A stretch of DNA of 30,554 nucleotides from assembly GCA_031960885.1 (NCBI GenBank), contig JAVRLY010000008.1, positions 1 through 30,554 on the forward strand, given 5' to 3'. This stretch comes from Desulfurella sp. (GTDB lineage: Bacteria > Campylobacterota_A > Desulfurellia > Desulfurellales > Desulfurellaceae). Shown here one piece after another: positions 1 to 7,754 of the stretch. How positions within the stretch are numbered: the stretch's first letter is position 1; the number at the start of each line of letters is the position of its first letter. The position numbers and the translations under genes are program-made. The notes beneath the pieces are model-generated. The model ran no database searches and had not been told where the DNA came from. It was given only the letters and a program-made list of their open reading frames with translations.

Positions 1-26
1 TTTTTAATCTTTCTAATGAACGACAT
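1..26 (-). CDS. N-terminus of putative transposase (partial, MSFIRKIK...)
   Basis: ATG at 26, 9 nt downstream of the -10 box. Only 8 codons are visible. Confidence 0.5.
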
Positions 27-35
27 AATGTATAA

Positions 36-64
36 AATATACACTACAATTAGAAAAATGTCAA
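36..64 (-). promoter_or_regulatory. sigma70-type promoter of putative transposase
   Basis: TTGACA (64-59), 17-nt spacer, TATATT (41-36). Confidence 0.65.
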
Positions 65-125
65 GGAAAAACATTAAACTTTAAAGGTTTTCTTTGTAGT
101 GGATAAAAAGTTGGGGGAAGTTGGG

Positions 126-2547
126 TTAAATATATCCCAATCGCTTTTGCTTTCCCATAGTGGATCAAGCGCTTTAGAAAAGGGGTGTATAAATGGGTGC
201 ATATCTGTTGTGCTTAAATCCTCTTTCTCATACCAGCTAGCAGCTGGCAGAACAATATCAGAGTATATGCAGGTTGTGGACATACGAAAATCTAGCGTAA
301 CAAGAAGGTCAAGTTTTCCTTCTGGCGCTTGTCTAAAAACAATTTCTTTTGGCCTGTCGCTTTCTGATATTTCTTCCGCTAAAACGCCAGATTTTGCGCC
401 TAAGAGGTGCTTTAAGAAATATTCATGGCCTTTGCTGCTTGCGCCCAGTAAATTAGAGCGCCAAACAAACATGTTGCGCACAAAATTTACGGGGTTATCT
501 GGGTCTTCAAAAGAAAACTTAATGTTTCCTTCTTTTACCTGTTTAACAAAATACTCAATTGGGTCAACATTGTTTTTTTCAGCATCCTTTGCAATGCTAA
601 TGAGGTTTTTATCCACATAAGGCGCGCTAGGCAACCATCCCATGCGAATAGCTTTTACATTAAAATCAGCTACAGAGTAATCTTTGTAGAAATTTTCTGC
701 TAATGGAGACAATAGGTTGTCCGTTTTTACATTTTCATACCTAAATTGGTCTGTGTGAAAATAGAAAAAAGAGGTGGAATTCATTTGTTTTGGCGGTCTA
801 TACCAATCTAAGGCAAATGCTATAGCAGACCATCCAGCCAGTGGCCTTACTTTTTCTTGGCCTACGTAATGAGCCCATCCGCCACCAGATTGACCGATGC
901 ATCCACACATTGCAAGCATATTAATAACGCTGCGATAAATTGTATCTGTGTAATAGTAGTGGTTTACACCAGCACCTATTATGACCATTGATTTTCCTTG
1001 TGTTTTATAAGCATTTTGCGCAAATTCTCGAGCAATTTTAATAATTAGTTCTTTTTTGACGCCTGTAATTTTTTCTGCCCACGCCGGCGTATATAAAGCA
1101 TCTTCATTGTAACTTTTGGCTGCATTATCATCGCCTAAATCTCTATCTATGCCATAGTGCGCGCCTAATAAATCAAAAACTGTTGCAAGCAGGTATTCTT
1201 TGCTATTTTGATTAACTTTAACGGCACATACTTTTCGCTTAATGATTGAATTATTTAAAAAGTCAGCAAATGCTACATCTACAATATGGGTTTTGTATCT
1301 ATTAAAGACAGCTTAGGGTCAATATTATCATCTGTAATAGCATCTTTTGCATGCAAATTCCACTTACCGCTTTTATCATATCTAAAACCAATGCTACCAT
1401 TTACAATCGATAATTTGCCCGTAGTTGAATCAATAACTACTGTTTTCCAATCATCGTATTGATTAACTTTATCCAATATATCTGAAACCCTTAAAAATCT
1501 TGATGGTATGTAATAATCACCGCGTTGTTCCAATATTACTAAATGCGGCATATCTGTGTAAGATTTAACATAATTAACAAAATACTCATACTGACTATCT
1601 ATATGAAACTCTTTAAAAATCACATGGCCCATAGCAAGCGCAAGGGCTGCGTCTGTACCAGGCTTTGGCGCTATCCAAACATCCGCAAATTTTGTTGCTT
1701 CGCTAAAATCTACAGACACGACAACTGTTTTTGTTCCTTTATAGCGCACTTCTGTATAAAAATGAGCGTCTGGCCTTCTGGTTTGAGGTACATTCGAGCC
1801 CCAAAGCATTAAATATGTTGAGTTATACCAATCAGCTGATTCTGGCACATCTGTTTGTTCACCAAATACCTGTGGTGAAGATGGCGGCAAATCACAGTAC
1901 CAATCATAAAAACTGCCAACTGCACCCCCAATTAGAGATAAATATCTTGCGCCAGAAGCGTAGCTTACCATACTCATAGCAGGAATGGGGCTAAAACCAA
2001 ATATTCTATCTGAACCATATGTTTTTATTGTGCAAATATTGGCTGCAGCAATAATTTCAAGCGCTTCATCCCAACTAATTCTTACGAAACCACCTTGACC
2101 TCTTTTTTGTTTGTACAAAGCAGCTTCATTGGATTCTACTATTTGTTTATATGATTCAACGGGGTCTAGAGTTTTTCTTTTTTCACGATAAAGCCTTAAC
2201 AATTCACCGCGTATCATTGGATGCTTTATGCGATGCGGGCTATAGATATAGCTTGAATAGCTTGCACCGCTTGGGCAACCTCTGGGTTCATATTCTGGCA
2301 ATCCTTCTTGAGTGTCTGGATAATCATTTTGTTGGATTTCCCATGTAATGATACCATTTTTAACAAATATCTGCCAGCTGCATGAGCCTGTGCAGTTAAC
2401 ACCATGCGTGCTTCTTACAATTTTATCATAAGAAAATCTATTTCTATAACCATTCTCCCATTTTCTATCTTCCAAGCGCACCTCGCCTAAAGAATTAGAA
2501 AAACCGTCTACTTTTTTAAAAAAGCTAAAGCGCTCTAAAAAACTCAT
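126..2547 (-). pseudogene. narG: Respiratory nitrate reductase alpha subunit, frameshifted and interrupted
   Basis: FS0 motif HGVNCTGSC, GFSPIPAMSMVSY, SFYDWYCDLP, GGGWAHYVGQEK and DIVLPAASWYEK are present. Frame 1 stops at 1279. The NarG sequence continues in another frame (KTHIVDVAF...ATVFDLLGAHYG...YTPAWAEKITGV) into ORF 74..988. The C-terminal third is cut off at ~126. Confidence 0.93.
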
Positions 2548-2605
2548 AATAGCCCCCTAAATTTTCTTAATTTAACACTCTAGCATACCTATTTTTAAAA
2601 AAAAT

Positions 2606-2619
2606 TGATTTATATCAAA
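2606..2619. promoter_or_regulatory. FNR-type box upstream of narG
   Basis: Perfect TTGAT-TTAT-ATCAA, about 30 nt upstream of an extended -10 (TGcTAGAGT, 2585-2577, minus strand). Confidence 0.8.
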
Positions 2620-2686
2620 AATGAATAAAAAATTTAATAAGTTGTAATGCACAAACCCACCATTTAACAAACTACTACAAAGCGCT

Positions 2687-3124
2687 TTACTTTTGTTTGT
2701 TCAACTGGTTTTTTAAGTCTTCTAATTCCTTTTTCATTTGCTTTTTTTCTAAAAATTGTTTTGTTGCGTCTCTAATAACTGCGCCAAACCCAATTATATT
2801 GTTGTCTTCTTGCACAATTGATATGCTAAATTCTATTGATAACGATTTATTATTTTTACCTATTGCTGGCACAGATAACAACTGGGAAGAATACTTTGTG
2901 TTTTTTGTTTTTACCGCAATATAAAACCCATCCCAATGTATTTTTCTGTATTTTTCTGGAATTATTATATCTAAGCTTTTGCCTATAGCTTCATTTGCGC
3001 TATAGCCAAATATGCTTTCCATTCCTTTGGTCCATATTTGAATTATGCCTTGCGTATCGCAAAATAAAACACCGTCGCCAACGTGCTCAAAAATTTGCTC
3101 CAAAATTGCGCAATGATCACTCAT
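2687..3124 (-). CDS. Stand-alone PAS domain protein
   Basis: PAS pattern [12 protein letters not shown]...[20 protein letters not shown]...H, ending VIRDAT plus a coiled-coil-like tail. GGAGG RBS and ATGA overlap with the upstream gene. Confidence 0.88.
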   Translation of the reverse strand: MSDHCAILEQIFEHVGDGVLFCDTQGIIQIWTKGMESIFGYSANEAIGKSLDIIIPEKYRKIHWDGFYIAVKTKNTKYSSQLLSVPAIGKNNKSLSIEFSISIVQEDNNIIGFGAVIRDATKQFLEKKQMKKELEDLKNQLNKQK

Positions 3125-3474
3125 GTTTGGCCTCCTTTTTGAATGTATTCTAACAATGCTTGCGCATTATTTAGCGGGCTTTTTGATGAAAATACAAGCG
3201 TGACTGTCTTATTCTTTTTTTCTTCTGCAATTATAGTATCGACAATAGACTGTTTTGTCTGCAATTCTTTATAGTAGCGTATTTTAAACTCATTCCATTT
3301 GCTTTCATCGTGAGAATACCACTTTCGAAGCTCATCACTGGGAGCTAAATCCTTTAACCACAAGTCAATAGAAGCCTTTTGCTTTGCAATGCCTCTTGGC
3401 CAAAGCCTATCTACTAGTATCCTAAACCCATCTTCTGCTTCTTTAGGCAAATGCACGTTTTTAATTTTTATCAT
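3121..3474 (-). CDS. DUF488 (YeaO-like) family protein
   Basis: [15 protein letters not shown]...[16 protein letters not shown] signature. Confidence 0.92.
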   Translation of the reverse strand: MIKIKNVHLPKEAEDGFRILVDRLWPRGIAKQKASIDLWLKDLAPSDELRKWYSHDESKWNEFKIRYYKELQTKQSIVDTIIAEEKKNKTVTLVFSSKSPLNNAQALLEYIQKGGQT

Positions 3475-3496
3475 CAAACACCCAACACAAACTCAT

Positions 3497-3895
3497 TTAA
3501 GAAAAATACTTTTCGTAAGTGGGGTACAATTGCATTTCTTCTTTATTCATTCTAATCTTTAACAAACTATAAATTCTACCAAAATCCCTGCCAAATTGAA
3601 TTTTATCTTGTATTGAATCTTTGTACTTATCAAAAAAATCGATTACTCCTGTGGATATGCTTTTCATTTCTTCTTTAAATTGAACCACATTTGAAGGCAC
3701 ATTTATGCCTAACGATGCAGCTTCGTCAAATTTTTTATAAAGCATCTTATCTTCTTTATCCAAATGAGATAAAAACAGCATTTTGCTATTAAATAGTTCT
3801 TTTTTTGCAGCGTCGTCAGATATATTTCTTATCTTATCAAGCAATGCAAACAACTTTTTGTGCTCGTCTAATAGTTGATTGATTAGCTCGCTCAT
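3497..3895 (-). CDS. Hemerythrin/HHE-like domain protein
   Basis: L..EH, HL.KED..LY and R..KEE..LYP motifs. Confidence 0.8.
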   Translation of the reverse strand: MSELINQLLDEHKKLFALLDKIRNISDDAAKKELFNSKMLFLSHLDKEDKMLYKKFDEAASLGINVPSNVVQFKEEMKSISTGVIDFFDKYKDSIQDKIQFGRDFGRIYSLLKIRMNKEEMQLYPTYEKYFS

Positions 3896-3908
3896 TCAAT
3901 ACCACCTT

Positions 3909-4325
3909 TTATTCTTCATCCAGCAATCGCTTTTCGCCTTCTAATTTCTTAATTTCTGTCACATCTTGCATTACTTCTATCGTGCCAAAATAATCGCCAT
4001 TTTTATCATAAACAGGAAAATACCTTATATACAAAAATTTACCCTGGAAATTAATCCAAAAGTCAGCAGAGTCTCTTTTTTTAGCTTTAAAATCATCCAG
4101 GATTTTTTGTACTAAATGAAGGCTTTTGGGAGGATGACATCGCTGAACTTTTCTTCCTATGTCCAATTTGGTGCGCGCAAAGGTTCTGCCCTTTCTAGGC
4201 AAATTAAAATACACCACTGTATCATCTTTATCTACAAAAGAAATATCAAATGGCACATTATCAAGAATAGTAAGAAGCGTTTTATTATCTAAATCCTCAA
4301 ATAAGTCCAATGTTGATTCACTCAT
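3909..4325 (-). CDS. PAS domain protein (type usually fused to DUF438 proteins)
   Basis: PFDISFVDKDDTVVYFN...IGRKVQRCHPPKS...DFWINF...IRYF...GTIEVMQDVT. Start set at ATG 4325 (GGAGG RBS, ATGA overlap). Confidence 0.88.
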   Translation of the reverse strand: MSESTLDLFEDLDNKTLLTILDNVPFDISFVDKDDTVVYFNLPRKGRTFARTKLDIGRKVQRCHPPKSLHLVQKILDDFKAKKRDSADFWINFQGKFLYIRYFPVYDKNGDYFGTIEVMQDVTEIKKLEGEKRLLDEE

Positions 4326-5332
4326 ATAACCTCCTTTGGCAACTCTACAAAACCTAATTCTTCCTCTGCTTTTTGAATTTCTTGCCAATCATTTTGCGAT
4401 AGCAAATCAAGCGCAACATTGTACAAAATCTCTTGCTCTTTTTTTGTGTGCAAAGCAAACGTTTCTATCAAATACCTATAATTAGCTTCTAACTCTTGCA
4501 CAAATCTAATATAATCCACATTGCTAGGATTTTCCAGTAATTTTTCTATACGGTTTCTTGTTTGTTTCATATTGTAATGATCTTGCCACATAATAGCGGG
4601 CGGCTCTTCTACGCCATATTTTTCAAGCACAGGAAATAACGTGTTTTCTTGGCGCGCATTATGGTTTTCTTCAAGCGCCTTTTGGTTGTTTAAAATCTTT
4701 TTTAGCTCTTCTATTGTGTTTTGTGCTTCAGATGCGCTATTGTACTGTTTAAGTTTACTTGAAAGCTCTAAACCTTTTTCTATATAAAACATAATAGCAT
4801 CATGGTCTTTTATTAATCTGTATAGCGGGTGTGTTGCGTCAACCTTTTTTCTGGAACTTGAGATCTGTTCTTTAAAAAGCTCCATATGTATATCGCACGC
4901 CTTTATTAAATCTTCTGTTGTATAGCCTTCATTTTTAAGTTCGCTTTCAACCACAGCAATAAGCACAGGATCAGCTTTTTCAATAAGTGTTTTAAAACGT
5001 TGCTTTGCCTCTTCTACATTTTCTTTATTGTAGATTTGTTTTAGAATGGCTTTCAACTGGCTTTTGAGGTTTTCTAAATTATCGTTAGTTGATTGTTTTG
5101 CATTTAAAATTTTGCTATTTACGCCTTCTTCTATAATACGCATAAACTCTTCAAAACTATAACCGCCTCGAGATGCGACATGGGCAAGATCAATCCTTGG
5201 AGCCATAAGTTGAACAATGATTTTATTTGTTAGCATTTTATACAATGGATTTTTTGAGTATAAGTAATCTGGTATATTTGGGTATGCTTCAATAAGCTTA
5301 CTAAACTTATCTTTTGGTTTATAATCAAGCAT
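4322..5332 (-). CDS. DUF438 / hemerythrin-like domain protein with DUF1858-like N-terminus
   Basis: CDIHMELF, HPL..L..DH, H..RQENTLFPVLEKYG..PPAIMWQDH and KEQEILY motifs. Confidence 0.85.
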   Translation of the reverse strand: MLDYKPKDKFSKLIEAYPNIPDYLYSKNPLYKMLTNKIIVQLMAPRIDLAHVASRGGYSFEEFMRIIEEGVNSKILNAKQSTNDNLENLKSQLKAILKQIYNKENVEEAKQRFKTLIEKADPVLIAVVESELKNEGYTTEDLIKACDIHMELFKEQISSSRKKVDATHPLYRLIKDHDAIMFYIEKGLELSSKLKQYNSASEAQNTIEELKKILNNQKALEENHNARQENTLFPVLEKYGVEEPPAIMWQDHYNMKQTRNRIEKLLENPSNVDYIRFVQELEANYRYLIETFALHTKKEQEILYNVALDLLSQNDWQEIQKAEEELGFVELPKEVI

Positions 5333-5349
5333 TTCTCACCTCTTGTATG

Positions 5350-5371
5350 TAAGGAGGCAAAAGCCTCCTTA
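5350..5371. repeat. Intergenic 9-bp stem-loop after hcp
   Basis: TAAGGAGGC-AAAA-GCCTCCTTA. No U-tract on the coding (minus) strand. Confidence 0.75.
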
Positions 5372-5377
5372 TTAAAA

Positions 5378-7018
5378 TCATCTTCCTTGCATAATTAGTT
5401 CTAAGTCTTGTTTTACTTCTCCGATAGGTTTGACATCAAAGTTTTCAACAATAACTTTTGCCACATTTGGCGATAAAAATGCTGTAAGCGTAGGGCCTAA
5501 TCTTATGCCTTTGACGCCTAGGTACAGCAAAGCCAAAAATACCGTTACAGCTTTTTGCTCATACCATGCTATATCGTATGAAATAGGCAATTTATTGATA
5601 TCATCCAATCCAAACACTTCTTTTAATTTCATTGCTATGACAGCTAAAGAGTAAGAATCATTGCACTGGCCAGCATCTAAAACGCGCGGTATTCCGTTTA
5701 TATCGCCTAAATTTAGTTTGTTATAACGATACTTGGCACATCCTGCTGTTAGAATAACTGTGTCTTTGGGCAATTGTTGGGCCAAATTCGTATAGTAGTC
5801 TCTTGTCGTATGCCTGCCATCGCAACCTGCCATTACAACAAATCGTTTAATTGCACCACTCTTGACTGCTTCCACAACTTTATCTGCCAAAGTCAATACT
5901 TGGTTGTGCGCAAAACCGCCTACAATTGAACCGCTCTCTATTGGTGTTGGGGGAAGGCATTTTTTTGCCATTTCTATAATAGGTGAAAAGTCCTTTGGCT
6001 TTCCATCTTTTCTATCTGGTATGTGCTTTAATCCTGGATATCCCACAACGCCTGTTGTAAACACTCTGTCTTTATAGGAATCCTTAGGCGGCACAAGGCA
6101 GTTTGTTGTCATCAAAATTGGGCCATTAAATGCTTCAAACTCTTTTGTTTGAAGCCACCATGCATTGCCGTAGTTTCCTACAAAGTGCTCGTATTTTTTA
6201 AATTTAGGGTAGTAATGCGCTGGCAACATTTCACCGTGTGTATAAACATCGACACCGCTATCTTTTGTTTGTTCAAGCAATTCTTCCATGTCTTTTAAAT
6301 CATGACCAGAGATTAAGATGCCTGGTCTGTTTCTTACACCAATATTTACCTGTGTAATTTCTGGGTTACCGTATGTTGATGTATTGGCTTTGTCTAGTAG
6401 CGCCATTGTTTTAACGGCATATTCACCTGTTTTCATAGTAAGGGCAATTAACTCTTCTGTATCTAAATCCTGCGTTAGTTTTGCTAGCGTGTTTATCATA
6501 AAACTTGTAATATCGCTGTCTTCAAAGCCCAAAACGCTTGCATGGTCATAATAGGCTGCCATGCCTTTTAGTCCGTATACAATGAGCTCTTTTAGCGACC
6601 TAATATCTTCATTTGTTTCGCTTAACACACCTATATCTTTGGAAAACTCAAGCGCCTTATCTTTTGATTCAAATTCATACAGATTTGCCTTTGCAACCGT
6701 AATGTACTTTAGACTCAAATATTGAATCAATTCATCCGCAATCTTCTTTGTTTGCTTAATTTGTTCAATAATGCGCTCATCATCAAAATTCACATTTGTA
6801 ATTGTCATAAATAGGCTTTGAGATACAAATTTCCCGATAGGTTTAGGGTCATAGCCATTTTCTATCGCTTGTTTTGCAATAATTGACAATCCCTTTAAAT
6901 TGTAAATTAATACATCCATTAAATTAGATGTATGGTCTTCTTTGCCGCACATGCCTTTTTGAACTGCACAACCGCTATTGTGCATTGTCTCTTGGCATTG
7001 ATAACAAAACATTGACAT
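5378..7018 (-). CDS. hcp: Hybrid cluster protein (hydroxylamine/NO reductase)
   Basis: MFCYQCQET...C...[32 protein letters not shown] and WYEQKA motifs. Start set at 7018 behind GGAGG. Confidence 0.97.
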   Translation of the reverse strand: MSMFCYQCQETMHNSGCAVQKGMCGKEDHTSNLMDVLIYNLKGLSIIAKQAIENGYDPKPIGKFVSQSLFMTITNVNFDDERIIEQIKQTKKIADELIQYLSLKYITVAKANLYEFESKDKALEFSKDIGVLSETNEDIRSLKELIVYGLKGMAAYYDHASVLGFEDSDITSFMINTLAKLTQDLDTEELIALTMKTGEYAVKTMALLDKANTSTYGNPEITQVNIGVRNRPGILISGHDLKDMEELLEQTKDSGVDVYTHGEMLPAHYYPKFKKYEHFVGNYGNAWWLQTKEFEAFNGPILMTTNCLVPPKDSYKDRVFTTGVVGYPGLKHIPDRKDGKPKDFSPIIEMAKKCLPPTPIESGSIVGGFAHNQVLTLADKVVEAVKSGAIKRFVVMAGCDGRHTTRDYYTNLAQQLPKDTVILTAGCAKYRYNKLNLGDINGIPRVLDAGQCNDSYSLAVIAMKLKEVFGLDDINKLPISYDIAWYEQKAVTVFLALLYLGVKGIRLGPTLTAFLSPNVAKVIVENFDVKPIGEVKQDLELIMQGR

Positions 7019-7074
7019 AAGCACCTCCAAATCTTTTTCTTGGATAAAAATTATCATATTTTTTAAAATTGTAA

Positions 7075-7088
7075 TTGACATTAGTCAA
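7075..7088. promoter_or_regulatory. Crp/Fnr-family (HcpR-like) box upstream of hcp
   Basis: Perfect palindrome TTGAC-ATTA-GTCAA, about 28 nt upstream of TGaTAATTT (7056-7048, minus strand). Confidence 0.75.
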
Positions 7089-7145
7089 AAAAGTTAGTTA
7101 AATAGATAACAATCTTTATTACAAATTTCTTACAAATTAAGAAAG

Positions 7146-7159
7146 TTAACATAAGTCAA
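7146..7159. promoter_or_regulatory. Second Crp/Fnr-family box upstream of the napC-like gene
   Basis: TTAAC-ATAA-GTCAA, about 27 nt upstream of extended -10 TGaTATATT (7177-7185). Confidence 0.6.
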
Positions 7160-7214
7160 AAAATTATTCAAAAACATGATATATTGCTTAAAATAGTGTA
7201 ATTGTGGGGTATTT

Positions 7215-7745
7215 ATGCAAGATGCAAAATGGCTTAAAAAACTTGTATCAATAGGAATTATTGGTATTATAGTTGGCATTTGCATTTCTTTTATCACATA
7301 CACTGGGGTTGAAAAAACTGCTGGTGAAAATTTTTGTTCATCATGTCATACTATGAAACCAATGGTTGCTTCATACAACCTTGATGTGCATGGAGGAAAC
7401 AATCAATATGGTTTTAAAGCACAATGCACAGATTGTCACTTGCCGCATAATAATTTGCCTAATTATTTGTTTGTTAAAGCTAAAACTGGCATAAACGATG
7501 TGCTAACAGAAACATTTAGTAATACTGGTAAAATTGATTGGGAGGCAAAATTAAAAGAGCCTAACAATTTTGTTTATGATAGCGGATGCCTTAAATGTCA
7601 TAGTAACCTACAAGATGAAACATTATCTAACCAAAGGGCTTTTTTGGCACACAGAGCTTATTTTTCAAAAACCACACCACAAACGTGCGTAGATTGCCAC
7701 AGTAATGTGGGTCACAAAGATCTAAAAGGTTTTATTAAACAATAG
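7215..7745 (+). CDS. NapC/NirT-family membrane-anchored tetraheme cytochrome c (quinol dehydrogenase)
   Basis: N-terminal TM helix, FCSSCHTM, CTDCHLP, CLKCH and CVDCH..VGH. Confidence 0.95.
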   Translation: MQDAKWLKKLVSIGIIGIIVGICISFITYTGVEKTAGENFCSSCHTMKPMVASYNLDVHGGNNQYGFKAQCTDCHLPHNNLPNYLFVKAKTGINDVLTETFSNTGKIDWEAKLKEPNNFVYDSGCLKCHSNLQDETLSNQRAFLAHRAYFSKTTPQTCVDCHSNVGHKDLKGFIKQ

Positions 7746-7754
7746 GGGGTTTTT

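Larger units (their letters stand above)
1..125 (-). mobile_element. Left end of a probable insertion sequence (IS1634-like) inserted in narG; runs off the window
   Basis: NarG similarity stops abruptly after WESKSDWDIF. The minus strand then reads CCCAACTTCCCCCAAC (terminal-repeat-like), followed by a TTGACA-N17-TATATT promoter and an ORF starting MSFIRKIK, which resembles IS1634-family transposase N-termini. Family assignment is from recall. Confidence 0.65.

Noticed and set aside
74..988. ORF 74..988 as an independent gene
   Set aside because: It is an internal piece of narG with a tail derived from foreign sequence.
1285..1300. Programmed -1 ribosomal frameshift in narG
   Set aside because: A_AAA_CCC is not a canonical X_XXY_YYZ slippery site, and the gene has other lesions.
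7019..7081. N-terminal extensions given by the ORF track (hcp; likewise 4388, 21561, 21658, 27001, 28282)
   Set aside because: They run through promoters or neighbouring genes. Downstream starts match family N-termini and mostly have an RBS.
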